The notes: generated by a model not told the origin, from the letters alone. 64,000 nucleotides of DNA from Bacteroidales bacterium (GCA_003567205.1 PXAA01000046.1:1403-65402); one strand, 5' to 3'. Numbered from the stretch's first letter, positions 33,855 through 44,403 are shown. Translations and numbers: made by a program.

Positions 33855-35282
33855 ATGATTTACCACCCTGAGAAATATCGAATTGCGGACAAGCGCATGA
33901 CGCCTTTCATTGATGCCGCTGAGATCTGGGATTTTATCAATAATACACGGGCAGACAAACAGCGGGTGCGTGAGGTGATCCGGGCTTCGCTCGACAAAAA
34001 ACGCCTTTCTCTTGAGGAAACCGCAGTGTTGATCAATGCCACAGACCCTGAATTGATTGAAGAGATCAAGGAAGGGGCCCGGTTGCTTAAAGAGAAAGTG
34101 TATGGTGAGCGTATTGTGCTGTTTGCACCCCTGTATGTGGGCGATTTGTGCACGAACAATTGTCAGTATTGCGGTTTTCGCACTTCCAACAAAGGGGTCA
34201 AACGCATTACCCTGAGCGGGGAAGAATTGATCGCCGAAACCATAGCACTGATTGATCAGGGCCATAAACGGCTGATCCTGGTTTATGGTGAACATCCCAA
34301 ATACTCGGCCGAATTCATCGCCGGGACCGTAAAGATTGTGTATGGCGTTAAACATAAAAACGGTGAAATCAGGCGGGTAAACATCAATGCCGCGCCCTTT
34401 GACATACCGGGTTTTCGTACCATCAAGGATGCCGGTATCGGGACCTTCCAGGTATTTCAGGAAACATATCATGAACCCACCTATAAGAAGGCCCATCTGG
34501 GTGGTATCAAAAGAAATTACGAATGGCGTTTGACCTCGCTCGACAGGGCGCAGGAAGCCGGTATTGACGATGTGGGTATCGGCGCTTTGTTCGGGCTTTA
34601 CGATTGGCGTTTTGAAGTGATGGGGCTGGTTCGTCACGCAAACCACTTTGAAGCGGTCTACAATGTGGGTCCGCATACAATCTCTTTCCCCAGGATCCAG
34701 AATGCCATGTCGCTCGACGTTGATAAAAGCCAACTGGTCAATGACGATGAATTTGTGCGCCTGGTATCTATTCTTCGGCTGGCTGTGCCTTATACCGGCA
34801 TGATACTCACCGCCCGCGAGCCCGCCCATGTCCGCGACCAGATCCTGCGTTTGGGGGTGTCGCAGATTGATGGTGGCACCAATCTTGAGTTGGGCGGTTA
34901 TTCCAAAGGAAAGCATGATGAACAGGATTTAAGCAAGGGGCAGTTCCAGATCAACGACAACAGGTCGCTGGGCGAAATCATGGATGAACTGATCAGGTCG
35001 GGATACATCCCGTCTTTCTGTACGGCATGTTATCGCTTGGGGCGCACCGGTGAGCATTTCATGGAGTTTTCCGTACCGGGTTTTATCAAAAGGTATTGTA
35101 CGCCCAACGCTTTGCTTACACTGGCCGAATACCTGGAGGACTATGCCGGTAAAGAGAGCAGAAAAGCTGGCTATAAGCTCATTGACGACAAGGTCAGGGA
35201 ACTGGAGCGGGAACAAAAGGTGGCCAAACTCAGGGAAAAGATCGGAGAGATCAAATCCGGAAACAGGGACTTGTATTTTTAA
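33855..35282 (+). CDS. hydG: [FeFe]-hydrogenase H-cluster radical-SAM maturase
   Basis: CTNNCQYCGF (CX3CX2C radical-SAM site) and C-terminal CTAC-x22-C auxiliary-cluster motif. ThiH-like length of 475 aa. Confidence 0.92.
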   Translation: MIYHPEKYRIADKRMTPFIDAAEIWDFINNTRADKQRVREVIRASLDKKRLSLEETAVLINATDPELIEEIKEGARLLKEKVYGERIVLFAPLYVGDLCTNNCQYCGFRTSNKGVKRITLSGEELIAETIALIDQGHKRLILVYGEHPKYSAEFIAGTVKIVYGVKHKNGEIRRVNINAAPFDIPGFRTIKDAGIGTFQVFQETYHEPTYKKAHLGGIKRNYEWRLTSLDRAQEAGIDDVGIGALFGLYDWRFEVMGLVRHANHFEAVYNVGPHTISFPRIQNAMSLDVDKSQLVNDDEFVRLVSILRLAVPYTGMILTAREPAHVRDQILRLGVSQIDGGTNLELGGYSKGKHDEQDLSKGQFQINDNRSLGEIMDELIRSGYIPSFCTACYRLGRTGEHFMEFSVPGFIKRYCTPNALLTLAEYLEDYAGKESRKAGYKLIDDKVRELEREQKVAKLREKIGEIKSGNRDLYF

Positions 35283-35294
35283 AAACGATAGATT

Positions 35295-35561
35295 ATGCAA
35301 CAGACCATGATTCTTGGCATTTTGGTATTCGACCGGATCAAGGAAGCCGGCCGCACACAAGAGGTGCTTACCAAACATGCAGACGTGATCAGAACCCGCC
35401 TGGGTTTTCATGAACTTTCAGACAATGTTTGCAGCCGGGTGGGGACCATTTTGCTGGTCCTTCAGGGCAATCCCGACCAGTGGGAAGAACTTCAGGAAGA
35501 CCTGGCGCAAATTGGCGGGGTGGAGATCAAAAAAATGAAGTTTGATTATATGTTTAAGTAA
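35295..35561 (+). CDS. TM1266-family ACT-like putative iron-only-hydrogenase system regulator (copy 1)
   Basis: 88 aa (ILGILV...VLTKHADVIRTRLGFH...GTILLVLQG...GVEIKKM) matches the small TM1266/NikR-C-like family normally found beside hydE/F/G. Confidence 0.7.
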   Translation: MQQTMILGILVFDRIKEAGRTQEVLTKHADVIRTRLGFHELSDNVCSRVGTILLVLQGNPDQWEELQEDLAQIGGVEIKKMKFDYMFK

Positions 35562-35572
35562 ATTTACCTGAA

Positions 35573-35824
35573 ATGGCTGAAATCAGAGTATTAGGTGTTT
35601 TAGTAGAAACCAGGACACAGGCGGCCCAAAAGCTACAGGAAATCCTTACCAAATATGGGTGTTCCATCAGGACACGCCTGGGATTGCATACCCTGGATTT
35701 GCCCGATTGCGCCAGTTGCGGGCTCATCATTCTGGAGCTTACGGGCAACCAGGATGAATGCATTCGCCTCGAAAATGAATTATGGGCGCTGGATGGGGTG
35801 AAAGTACAGAAAATGGTTTTTTAA
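35573..35824 (+). CDS. TM1266-family ACT-like putative iron-only-hydrogenase system regulator (copy 2)
   Basis: 83 aa, collinear with and clearly similar to copy 1 by eye (VLGVLV...ILTKYGCSIRTRLGLH...GLIILELTG...GVKVQKM). Confidence 0.7.
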   Translation: MAEIRVLGVLVETRTQAAQKLQEILTKYGCSIRTRLGLHTLDLPDCASCGLIILELTGNQDECIRLENELWALDGVKVQKMVF

Positions 35825-35840
35825 CCTCAAATTAAAATGT

Positions 35841-36248
35841 ATGGCAAAACTGGTTCATTTTTCAGAGGCCGCATCCCTGGCATTGCATGCCATGGTGTTG
35901 ATTGCCAAAACAAAGAATCACGTAAATGTGAATAGCATCGCACAAGAAATGGGTGCTTCAAGAAACCACTTGGCCAAAGTGCTTCAGCAACTGGTCAAAT
36001 ACAATTTCCTGAAGTCCGTAAGGGGCCCCAACGGAGGCTTTGTCCTTAGCAAGCCGGCTGATCAGATCACCATTCTGGAAATCTATGAGGCCATTGAGGG
36101 CAAGATTGACCTGCCCGAATGCCCCCTCGATCGCAAAATCTGTCCTTTCAACAAATGCCTCGTGGATGGCTTGGTGCGGGACGTAACCGCACAATTTAAG
36201 AAATATTTTCAGGAACAAAGTCTGGAAGATTTTGTTACACGTTCTTAA
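35841..36248 (+). CDS. Rrf2-family transcriptional regulator with three-Cys cluster motif
   Basis: N-terminal winged helix (ALHAMVLIAK...SIAQEMGASRNHLAKVLQQL...RGPNGGF) and CPLDRKICPFNKC, a C-x6-C-x4-C pattern as in Fe-S-binding Rrf2 proteins. Confidence 0.85.
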   Translation: MAKLVHFSEAASLALHAMVLIAKTKNHVNVNSIAQEMGASRNHLAKVLQQLVKYNFLKSVRGPNGGFVLSKPADQITILEIYEAIEGKIDLPECPLDRKICPFNKCLVDGLVRDVTAQFKKYFQEQSLEDFVTRS

Positions 36249-36257
36249 AGCTGTCTT

Positions 36258-37082
36258 ATGTCAGAATCCATTATCAGCACACAGCAGGTATTGATCGCGT
36301 TTGGCCTTACGCTTTTTGCCGGGCTTTCTACCGGTATTGGCAGTGCCATTGCTTTTTTTGCCAAACGCACCAATACCAAGTTTTTGTCCATTGCCCTGGG
36401 TTTTTCCGCCGGGGTAATGATATACTTGTCATTTGTAGAGATTTTTCCCAAGGCAAAAGAAATCCTTGGGCAGGAACTGGGGGTGCAAACAGGTTATTTG
36501 ATAACAGTAATTGCCTTTTTTTCCGGCATTATCCTGATTGCCGTCATTGATAGACTGGTCCCTGCATTTGAGAACCCCCACGAACTTAAAAGAGTGGAGC
36601 GCATCCATGACCAGGAGGCGGAAAAAAATAAAAAGCTGTACCGCATGGGCATGATGTCCGCCATTGCCATTGCCATTCACAATTTTCCAGAGGGCCTGGC
36701 AACCTTTCTGGCGGCATTGCATGATCTGAAGCTTGGCCTGCCCATTGCCATTGCCATTGCCATTCACAATATTCCCGAAGGCATCGCCATATCGGTACCC
36801 ATCCATCATGCCACCGGAAGCCGCCGGAAAGCTTTTTGTTACAGCTTCCTCTCCGGCCTGGCCGAACCCCTTGGTGCACTGGTGGGTTTCTTTATCCTGA
36901 TGCCCTTTATGAACGATGCCGTTTTTGGTTTCCTGTTTGCCTTTGTGGCCGGCATTATGGTTTTTATCTCCATTGACAACCTGCTGCCGGCCGCCAGGGA
37001 GTACGGAGAGCCACACCTGTCACTCTATGGACTGACGGCCGGAATGGCCATCATGGCCCTCAGCCTGGTTTTCTTCCTCTGA
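36258..37082 (+). CDS. zupT: ZIP-family divalent metal (Zn/Fe) transporter
   Basis: 274-aa membrane protein with the duplicated AIAIAIHNFPEGLA / AIAIAIHNIPEGIA motifs characteristic of ZupT. Confidence 0.9.
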   Translation: MSESIISTQQVLIAFGLTLFAGLSTGIGSAIAFFAKRTNTKFLSIALGFSAGVMIYLSFVEIFPKAKEILGQELGVQTGYLITVIAFFSGIILIAVIDRLVPAFENPHELKRVERIHDQEAEKNKKLYRMGMMSAIAIAIHNFPEGLATFLAALHDLKLGLPIAIAIAIHNIPEGIAISVPIHHATGSRRKAFCYSFLSGLAEPLGALVGFFILMPFMNDAVFGFLFAFVAGIMVFISIDNLLPAAREYGEPHLSLYGLTAGMAIMALSLVFFL

Positions 37083-37799
37083 AAAGCTTTCTTCTTCCTC
37101 TGCCAGGGATTCTTCTTCCAGTTCCCAGGAGTATAGCGGCCGCTGCGGACCATGTTTTTTGAAAAACAGGGCCAGCAAAATGCCCGACAACATACCCATC
37201 AGGTGTGATTCCCACGAAATGTGTTCCCTGATGGGAAAAATACCCCATACAATTCCACCGTAAAGGAATGTCACCAGCAATGACAAGGCCATCAGCCGCG
37301 GATGGCGGCGGATGATACCGCTGACAAACAAAAAAGCAGCCAGGCTGTACAAAAGGCCTGAAGCACCGATATGAAATGAAGGTCTTGCAACGATCCATAC
37401 CCACAGGCCGGTGATCAGCCAGCCGTAAAGGCTTACCTTCAGGGCAATTTCGCGGTAAAAGTAAAACAAGGCCGTACCCAGCACAAGCAATGGCAGGGAA
37501 TTGGATACCAGGTGCGAGAAACTACCGTGAATAAATGGTGATAGAGCAATGCCCCATAAGCCTGAAGCCGTTTGCGGAAAAATGCCATACGTGGAAAAAC
37601 CCAGATCGAACAACACCTCTGTCAACTTAACGATCCAAAGTACAACCACAAAAGCAACAGGATATATGAGACTGATCAGAAAACGTCCCTTTTCCTGCTT
37701 TTTCGTACCTTTGTATAAAATATCCTGCTCCAGTTCTGTAATATTGACTGAGGCCTGGATTTTGGCCTTATTTTTGTAAATAAAAACAAAAGTACGCAT
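37020..37799 (-). CDS. Rhomboid-family intramembrane serine protease
   Basis: HGSFSHLVSNSL (HxxxN) and GASGLLYSL (GxSG) motifs in a 6-TM protein, with an acidic C-terminal tail. ATG at 37799 is preferred over 37844. Confidence 0.85.
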   Translation of the reverse strand: MRTFVFIYKNKAKIQASVNITELEQDILYKGTKKQEKGRFLISLIYPVAFVVVLWIVKLTEVLFDLGFSTYGIFPQTASGLWGIALSPFIHGSFSHLVSNSLPLLVLGTALFYFYREIALKVSLYGWLITGLWVWIVARPSFHIGASGLLYSLAAFLFVSGIIRRHPRLMALSLLVTFLYGGIVWGIFPIREHISWESHLMGMLSGILLALFFKKHGPQRPLYSWELEEESLAEEEESFSEEENQAEGHDGHSGRQSIE

Positions 37800-37835
37800 A
37801 GTTTTATTAAATATTCTGTAAGAACAAAACACAAA

Positions 37836-39443
37836 ATGAAACATTTTAGCATATATCGTACGGTTATACTGACAGCGGTTTTCTTTTTATTTTCCACTCT
37901 GCCGGCCTTATCGCAGGTCAGTCAGGCGCAGATGGAGAAGTTGCAACGGGCATTGCAGTTCATTGAGTTTGCCTATATAGAAAAATTAGAAGATGAAAAA
38001 CTGGTGGAGGATGCCATCAGGGGCATACTAAACGAACTGGACCCCCATAGCGTCTATTTATCGGCCGATGAACTGCGCCGTGCCAATGAATCCCTGGAGG
38101 GAAGTTTTGAGGGCATTGGCATACAGTTTAACCTGATCAATGACACCATTGTGGTTGTCAGCCCCATTCCGGGCGGCCCCTCCGAAAAAGTAGGGTTGAG
38201 GCCCGGCGACAAGATCATCAGGATAGATGGTGAAACGGCGCATGGTTCCAGGGTCAACAATCAATACGTGCAGGACAGGTTGCGTGGTGAGCGCGGTTCA
38301 CAGGTTGATGTGGCAATTTTCCGTGTGGGTTTCAGCGAGTTGCTGGATTTTACCATTACACGCGACCGCATCCCGATCAATTCGGTGGATGCGGCTTTCA
38401 TGGCAACGCCTGAAATCGGCTATATTAAACTAAACCGTTTTGCCCGTACAACCATGCGCGAATACCGTGAGGCCAGCCAAATACTAACAGACCAGGGCAT
38501 GAAACACATGATTCTGGATCTGAACTACAATTCCGGCGGTTACCTGGATGTAGCCATTGATTTGACAGACCAGTTCCTGGATCGTGACCAGATGATCGTA
38601 TACACCGAGGGGCACGCTGCCCCGAGGCAGGAGTTTAAAAGCACCTTCAGGGGCAATTTCAAAAATGGCAAGGTGGTAGTGCTGATCAATGAAGGAAGCG
38701 CTTCTGCCAGTGAGATCCTTGCCGGGGCTATCCAGGATTGGGACAGGGGATTTCTTATAGGGCGCCGTTCTTTTGGCAAAGGCCTGGTTCAGCGCCCCTT
38801 TGAGCTGCCTGACGGATCGGCCATCCGGCTGACCACGGCACAGTACCATACGCCAACGGGCAGGAGTATTCAGAAGCCTTACGATGAAGGGGCGGAAGAA
38901 TACTATAAAGATCTGTCAGAACGTCTGTCGTCCGGCGAATTGATTAGTCCGGAAAACATCATTTTTCCGGACTCCCTGAAGCACTTTACCAAACACAATA
39001 AACGTGTGGTATATGGCGGTGGCGGCATCATGCCCGATTTTTTCATCCCCCTCGATACCAACAGGGTATCCGATTTTTATTCCAGGCTTTTGCGTCGCGG
39101 CACATTGAACAATTTTGGTATCGAATATACCAACAGGAACCGCACTGCCTTGTCAGGAAACTACCCCGATATGCAGGCTTATCTGGAAAATTTCCAGGTA
39201 GATGAGGCCCTGATGGACGAAATGTATGCCTATGCAAAGGAACAGGGGCTGACACCTGGCGACGAAGAACAAAAAGAGGATGCCGTTTTATACATGAAAA
39301 ATCAGCTCAAAGGGCTGATTGCCCGCAACCTCTTTGACTTTGCTGCATATATCCAGGTGGTCATGCAGTTCGATGAGGCCTATCAGAAAGCCATGCGGAT
39401 CATAGAAGATGATACCTTTAATGAGTTCAACATCCGCTATTGA
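37836..39443 (+). CDS. ctp: S41-family carboxy-terminal processing peptidase
   Basis: Signal peptide, PDZ region (GGPSEKVGLRPGDKIIRIDG), catalytic GSASASEILAGA and ...GKGLVQ motifs. Confidence 0.9.
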   Translation: MKHFSIYRTVILTAVFFLFSTLPALSQVSQAQMEKLQRALQFIEFAYIEKLEDEKLVEDAIRGILNELDPHSVYLSADELRRANESLEGSFEGIGIQFNLINDTIVVVSPIPGGPSEKVGLRPGDKIIRIDGETAHGSRVNNQYVQDRLRGERGSQVDVAIFRVGFSELLDFTITRDRIPINSVDAAFMATPEIGYIKLNRFARTTMREYREASQILTDQGMKHMILDLNYNSGGYLDVAIDLTDQFLDRDQMIVYTEGHAAPRQEFKSTFRGNFKNGKVVVLINEGSASASEILAGAIQDWDRGFLIGRRSFGKGLVQRPFELPDGSAIRLTTAQYHTPTGRSIQKPYDEGAEEYYKDLSERLSSGELISPENIIFPDSLKHFTKHNKRVVYGGGGIMPDFFIPLDTNRVSDFYSRLLRRGTLNNFGIEYTNRNRTALSGNYPDMQAYLENFQVDEALMDEMYAYAKEQGLTPGDEEQKEDAVLYMKNQLKGLIARNLFDFAAYIQVVMQFDEAYQKAMRIIEDDTFNEFNIRY

Positions 39444-39461
39444 TAACAATGTGTTCGGCAT

Positions 39462-40154
39462 ATGAAGATCATATTGTTTGTTTTGTTATTGGCAATTGCC
39501 CCGGCGCTTGTTTCCCAGCCCGTCAGCCGCCAGGCCAGGCAGGCCAGGGAAGCCTTTAGTGAAGGTGTCCGCAAAGGTATAGATCAGGACTTTGAAGAAG
39601 CCCTGAAATGGTTTAACAGGGCCATTGGCCTGGACTCACTGCATGCTGAGGCGTATTATTACAGAGGGCTGGCGTATTATGAACTGCAGGAATATTCAAG
39701 AGCCCTGGACGACTTCAGGACCGCCATCAGGCTGGATCCGGACAAGGCAGGGCAGGCTGCGTATTTTATGGAATTGAGCAATGCAGCCCTGCGTGAGGTC
39801 ATTGAAGTCCGTGAGGCCTTGGAAGCACAGGAAACCCATGATAGAGAGCCTGTGCAACCTGATCTCAGGGATTTGGCCGAAGGTTTTTACGACGCTTCGT
39901 TGCAGGAGGTAGAACCTTCCGGGATCGGTGTTCAGATTGCCATTTTAGCCAATCCCGACCAGGTAGAAGAGATCAGTTACAGCATTTCCGAAAAATTTGG
40001 CTTTCCCCTCTTTATACAGGTAGTCCATGAAGATGACGGGATTTTGTATAAAATTTCTGTGGGGAATTTCAGGCAAAGGGAGCAGGCCGTTCAACTCCGC
40101 AGTGTTATGCGGGATGAGGGCTTTCTGGATAGTTTTATTATCAGCTATCCCTGA
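39462..40154 (+). CDS. TPR-repeat and SPOR-domain protein
   Basis: Signal peptide, TPR-like AEAYYYRGLAYYELQEYSRALDDF, and a C-terminal SPOR-like GVQIAILAN...YKISVGNFRQREQAVQLRSVMRDEGF. Confidence 0.7.
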   Translation: MKIILFVLLLAIAPALVSQPVSRQARQAREAFSEGVRKGIDQDFEEALKWFNRAIGLDSLHAEAYYYRGLAYYELQEYSRALDDFRTAIRLDPDKAGQAAYFMELSNAALREVIEVREALEAQETHDREPVQPDLRDLAEGFYDASLQEVEPSGIGVQIAILANPDQVEEISYSISEKFGFPLFIQVVHEDDGILYKISVGNFRQREQAVQLRSVMRDEGFLDSFIISYP

Positions 40155-40165
40155 GCAGGGGGAGA

Positions 40166-40612
40166 TCAGATATTGCTTCTGTCGATTTCGCGCTGTATGT
40201 CTTTTTGCTTCAGAGTATCCCGTTTATCGTGCATTTTCTTTCCACGGGCCAGGGCTATGTCCACTTTGGCCAGTCCTTTTTCGTTGATATAGAGCAATAT
40301 GGGAACAAGGGTGAATCCGCGCTCTTCGATGCGGGTTTTCAATTTGCGGAGTTCCCGCGCAGTGAGCAGGAGCTTTCGCTCCCGTTTGGGTTCGTGATTA
40401 TTGTAGGTGCCATGGGAGTATGGGGCAATATGCATATTTCTTATAAACAGTTCGTGACCACTGAAAGCACAATATGCCTCATTCAGGCTGGCTTTGCCCG
40501 CCCGGATGGATTTAATTTCCGTACCCGTAAGCACAATACCGGCTGAAAATTCTTCCAGCAAATAATACTCAAAAGCCGCTTTTTTGTTTTTTATCTTAAT
40601 ATTCGCTCCCAT
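40166..40612 (-). CDS. smpB: SsrA-binding protein
   Basis: KNKKAAFEYYLLEEFSAGIVLTGTEIKSIR...RKLLL...KG collinear with SmpB. Confidence 0.95.
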   Translation of the reverse strand: MGANIKIKNKKAAFEYYLLEEFSAGIVLTGTEIKSIRAGKASLNEAYCAFSGHELFIRNMHIAPYSHGTYNNHEPKRERKLLLTARELRKLKTRIEERGFTLVPILLYINEKGLAKVDIALARGKKMHDKRDTLKQKDIQREIDRSNI

Positions 40613-40721
40613 TAGGCTACTTTAATATGCGAAGTTAATAAGAAATTACAGGCTTACAGAAAAATTGGTAAAGCATAAACCAAATCTAAAAAATAATTGT
40701 TGCCTAAATGATAAAAAAATA

Positions 40722-40729
40722 TACTTTTG
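40722..40729 (+). promoter_or_regulatory. Candidate -7 promoter element
   Basis: TACTTTTG is a perfect TAnnTTTG, 25 nt upstream of the ATG at 40754. This argues against the tracked TTG start at 40727. Confidence 0.4.
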
Positions 40730-40753
40730 CAAAAAAAACCAACCCATTACGAT

Positions 40754-40975
40754 ATGTATTGGACATTAGAGCTGGCATCCAAACTGGAAGATGCGCCCTG
40801 GCCTGCCACCAAGGAAGAATTGATTGATTATGCCTTACGTTCGGGGGCACCCATGGAAGTAATTGAGAATCTTCAGGAAATTGAGGATGAAGGTGATGTA
40901 TATGAAAGCATTGAGGATATCTGGCCCGATTATCCCACCAAAGATGACTTCTTTTTTCATGAAGACGAATATTAG
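40754..40975 (+). CDS. DUF2795-like small acidic protein
   Basis: 73 aa (LEDAPWPATKEELIDYALRSGAPMEVIENLQEIEDE) matches the DUF2795 pattern (FPAtKeeLi..A...GA...v...l). Confidence 0.6.
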   Translation: MYWTLELASKLEDAPWPATKEELIDYALRSGAPMEVIENLQEIEDEGDVYESIEDIWPDYPTKDDFFFHEDEY

Positions 40976-41007
40976 GCTTCCCATATCTTATTTCAAACAT
41001 AAAAATG

Positions 41008-41028
41008 CCGGCCTTGTGCCGGTTTTTT
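41008..41028 (+). terminator. Rho-independent terminator (bidirectional shape)
   Basis: CCGGC-cttgt-GCCGG followed by TTTTTT and preceded by AAAAAT. Lies 33 nt after the stop codon at 40973-40975. Confidence 0.6.
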
Positions 41029-41065
41029 ATTGAAAATCCGGCTGTTAAATCTGGCCAGATTTGAT

Positions 41066-41073
41066 TAACTTTG
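41066..41073 (+). promoter_or_regulatory. Candidate -7 promoter element for secA
   Basis: TAACTTTG is a perfect TAnnTTTG, 23 nt upstream of the secA ATG. Confidence 0.4.
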
Positions 41074-41095
41074 CTTTTCCAAAAATTAAGCCCTT

Positions 41096-44000
41096 ATGCT
41101 CAATTTAATAAAGAAAGTATTTGGCAGTAAGGCCGAACGGGACTTCAGGGAAATCAAGGGACTGCTTGATAAGACCCTGCAGGCGTATGAAGAGATAAAA
41201 CTGCTCGACAATGACCAGTTGCGGGCCAAAACCCTGGAATTTAGGGAGCGTATCGCCAAACATATTGCTGAGGAACAGCGGCAGATTGATACCTTGCAGG
41301 AATACCTGGAGACCAATTACGACATCGATGTGGAGGAGAAAGAGCATATATATGAGCAGATTGACCAGCTCGACAACCGGCAGAATGAGAAATCGGAAGA
41401 ACTCCTCGAAACACTTATACCTGAGGCATTTTCTGTGGTAAAGGAAACGGCCCGCCGTTTTAAAGAAAACGAAGAAATGCTGGTTACTGCCAATGATTAT
41501 GACAGGGAGCTGGCTGCCTTACGCCCGAACATTGAGATCAAGGGTGATAAAGCCTCTTACAGGAACCAATGGATGGCCGGTGGTAATATGATTACCTGGG
41601 ATATGGTGCATTACGATGTACAGCTGATCGGGGGCATTCATCTGCATAAGGGTAAAATCGCCGAAATGGCCACGGGTGAAGGCAAGACCCTGGTGGCTAC
41701 CTTGCCGGTATACTTGAATGCCTTATCCGGAAAAGGGGTGCATATTGTTACCGTGAATGATTACCTGGCCAAAAGGGATTCGGAATGGATGGGTATGCTG
41801 TTTGAATTTCACGGATTGAAAGTTGATTGCATTGATAAGCATACCCCGCATTCGCCAGAACGACGGGCAGCTTACCAGGCCGATGTGACCTACGGGACCA
41901 ATAATGAATTTGGCTTTGATTACCTGCGCGACAATATGTCTCGTAATCCGGAAGAGCTGGTACAGCGAAAGCTGAATTATGCTATCGTGGACGAGGTAGA
42001 CTCGGTGCTGATCGACGATGCACGTACACCGCTGATCATTTCCGGTCCGACCCCGCAAGGCGAAAAGCATGAGTTCCACGAGATGAAACCAAAAGTGGAG
42101 AAGCTTTACAGTGTACAGCGCATGCTGGTAACCAATGTGTTGGCAGAAGCCAGAAAGCTTCTTACACCCAAAGAAGGGGAGCCCGATGAGAAAAAAGGAG
42201 GAGAACTCCTGCTCCGTGCGCACCGGGGCCTTCCAAAAAACAAGGCCCTGATTAAATTCCTCTCGGAACCGGGCATGAAAACCATCCTGCAAAAGACAGA
42301 GAATTTTTATATGCAGGAGCAGAGCAAACACATGCATATCATCGATGACGAACTCTATTTTGTCATTGAGGAAAAAAATAACTCCATTGAGCTTACCGAA
42401 AAAGGGATTGACCTGATCACAAGCCAGACAGACGACCCGGGATTTTTTATCCTGCCTGATATCGGCTCTGAGATGGCAGAACTTGAAAAGTCCAGTTTGC
42501 CGGCCGAAGAAAAACTGGAAAAGAAAAACCAGGTGCTGGGAGATTTTCAGGTGAAAAGCGAAAGGGTACATACTATCAATCAGTTGCTCAAGGCCTATAC
42601 CCTTTTTGAGAAGGATACCGAATACGTCATCATGGACAACAAAGTCAAGATTGTAGATGAACAAACGGGCCGGATCATGGAAGGGCGGCGTTATTCCGAT
42701 GGCCTGCACCAGGCCATAGAAGCCAAGGAAAACGTCAGGATTGAGGCAGCTACCCAGACTTATGCCACCATTACACTGCAGAATTATTTCCGTATGTACC
42801 GGAAACTGGCCGGGATGACGGGAACGGCCGAAACAGAAGCAGGTGAATTCTGGAACATCTACAAGCTGGATGTGGTTGTTGTACCCACGCATCGCCCGGT
42901 GATCAGGGAAGACAGAGAGGATCTGATATATAAGACCAAGCGTGAAAAATACAATGCCATCATTGATGAGGTCAGCCAGTTGGTGAATGCAGGCCGCCCT
43001 ATACTGGTCGGTACAACATCCGTGGAAACCTCCGAGTTGCTCAGCCGCATGCTTAAACTACGGAATATCCGGCATAACATATTGAATGCCAAGCAGCATC
43101 AAAAGGAGGCCCAGGTGGTGAAGGAGGCCGGCCAGGCAGGTACTGTGACCATTGCCACCAACATGGCAGGACGTGGTACGGATATCAAGCTGGGGCCTGG
43201 TGTGCGTGAGGCTGGTGGTTTATCTATATTAGGTACGGAACGGCATGAATCAAGAAGGGTAGACCGGCAATTACGCGGCCGGGCCGGCCGCCAGGGCGAC
43301 CCGGGATCATCCCAGTTCTTTGTGTCTCTTGAAGATGATTTGATGCGTGTATTCGGCTCCGGAAGGATTTCTTCACTGATGGACAAGATGGGTCTGAAAG
43401 AAGGGGAAGTGATTCAGCATTCGATGATCACCAAGTCGATAGAACGTGCCCAGAAAAAAGTGGAGGAAAACAACTTCGGTATCCGCAAACGCCTCCTGGA
43501 ATATGATGATGTGATGAATGCACAGCGCGAGGTGATCTATAAAAAGCGCCGCAATGCTTTGTTTGGCGATCGCCTGGCTGTTGACATCGCCAATATGATG
43601 TATGATACCTGTGAACAAATGATCATAGAGTATCAGGAAATGGGGGATTACGACGGCTTTACCTTTGAACTCCTGCGCACATTTGGCGTTGAAACCCCTT
43701 TCAGCAAACAGGAGTTTCTGGAAGGAAAAGTGGAGAAACTCAATGATATTTTATATGCAAAAGCGATTGAGTCTTACAAGCGAAAGAATGAGCAGATAGC
43801 TGAAACGGCTTTTCCTGTTATCAAGGAGGTGTATGAAAAGGCCGCACAGAAATACCAGAACATAGCCATTCCGATCACCGACGGCATGAAGACCCTGAAT
43901 ATGATTGCAAACCTTAAAAAGGCCTATGAAACCAATGGCCGTGAGGTGTCTCTGTCCGTGGAAAAGGGAATTACCCTGGGAATTATTGACGATTCCTGGA

Positions 44001-44380
44001 AAGAACATTTACGTGAAATGGACGATTTGAAACAATCGGTCCAGGGGGCTGCGTACGAGCAAAAAGACCCGCTTCTGATATACAAGTTTGAGTCATTTGA
44101 ATTGTTTAAACGGATGATCCAAAAGGTCAATAAAGACATTATTGCATTCCTTGGCAAGGCACGCCTGCCGGTAAGGGACCCTGCACAGATACAACGGGGC
44201 ACGGAGCAGGAACGTACCGATATGAGCAAGCTGCAAACCGGGCGTAGTGACCTGCCCGGTGGCCGCAGCAGCGGAGAGAAGGCGCAACCGGTCAGGGTGG
44301 AGAAAAAAGTGGGTCGCAATGAGCCGTGTCCGTGCGGCAGCGGTAAAAAGTACAAACAATGTCACGGCAAGTCAGGATGA
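41096..44380 (+). CDS. secA: Preprotein translocase ATPase
   Basis: 1094 aa with [14 protein letters not shown] (Walker A), [29 protein letters not shown], and C-terminal zinc motif [14 protein letters not shown]. Confidence 0.97.
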   Translation: MLNLIKKVFGSKAERDFREIKGLLDKTLQAYEEIKLLDNDQLRAKTLEFRERIAKHIAEEQRQIDTLQEYLETNYDIDVEEKEHIYEQIDQLDNRQNEKSEELLETLIPEAFSVVKETARRFKENEEMLVTANDYDRELAALRPNIEIKGDKASYRNQWMAGGNMITWDMVHYDVQLIGGIHLHKGKIAEMATGEGKTLVATLPVYLNALSGKGVHIVTVNDYLAKRDSEWMGMLFEFHGLKVDCIDKHTPHSPERRAAYQADVTYGTNNEFGFDYLRDNMSRNPEELVQRKLNYAIVDEVDSVLIDDARTPLIISGPTPQGEKHEFHEMKPKVEKLYSVQRMLVTNVLAEARKLLTPKEGEPDEKKGGELLLRAHRGLPKNKALIKFLSEPGMKTILQKTENFYMQEQSKHMHIIDDELYFVIEEKNNSIELTEKGIDLITSQTDDPGFFILPDIGSEMAELEKSSLPAEEKLEKKNQVLGDFQVKSERVHTINQLLKAYTLFEKDTEYVIMDNKVKIVDEQTGRIMEGRRYSDGLHQAIEAKENVRIEAATQTYATITLQNYFRMYRKLAGMTGTAETEAGEFWNIYKLDVVVVPTHRPVIREDREDLIYKTKREKYNAIIDEVSQLVNAGRPILVGTTSVETSELLSRMLKLRNIRHNILNAKQHQKEAQVVKEAGQAGTVTIATNMAGRGTDIKLGPGVREAGGLSILGTERHESRRVDRQLRGRAGRQGDPGSSQFFVSLEDDLMRVFGSGRISSLMDKMGLKEGEVIQHSMITKSIERAQKKVEENNFGIRKRLLEYDDVMNAQREVIYKKRRNALFGDRLAVDIANMMYDTCEQMIIEYQEMGDYDGFTFELLRTFGVETPFSKQEFLEGKVEKLNDILYAKAIESYKRKNEQIAETAFPVIKEVYEKAAQKYQNIAIPITDGMKTLNMIANLKKAYETNGREVSLSVEKGITLGIIDDSWKEHLREMDDLKQSVQGAAYEQKDPLLIYKFESFELFKRMIQKVNKDIIAFLGKARLPVRDPAQIQRGTEQERTDMSKLQTGRSDLPGGRSSGEKAQPVRVEKKVGRNEPCPCGSGKKYKQCHGKSG

Positions 44381-44403
44381 TAGGTACGGCGCGGTGCGCC
44401 TCG

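Noticed and set aside
36655-36775. Duplicated (GCCATT)3-CACAAT segments in zupT as a possible mobile or slippage repeat
   Set aside because: They encode the two conserved AIAIAIHN-x-PEG motifs of the pseudo-symmetric ZIP fold, so the duplication is structural and expected for ZupT.
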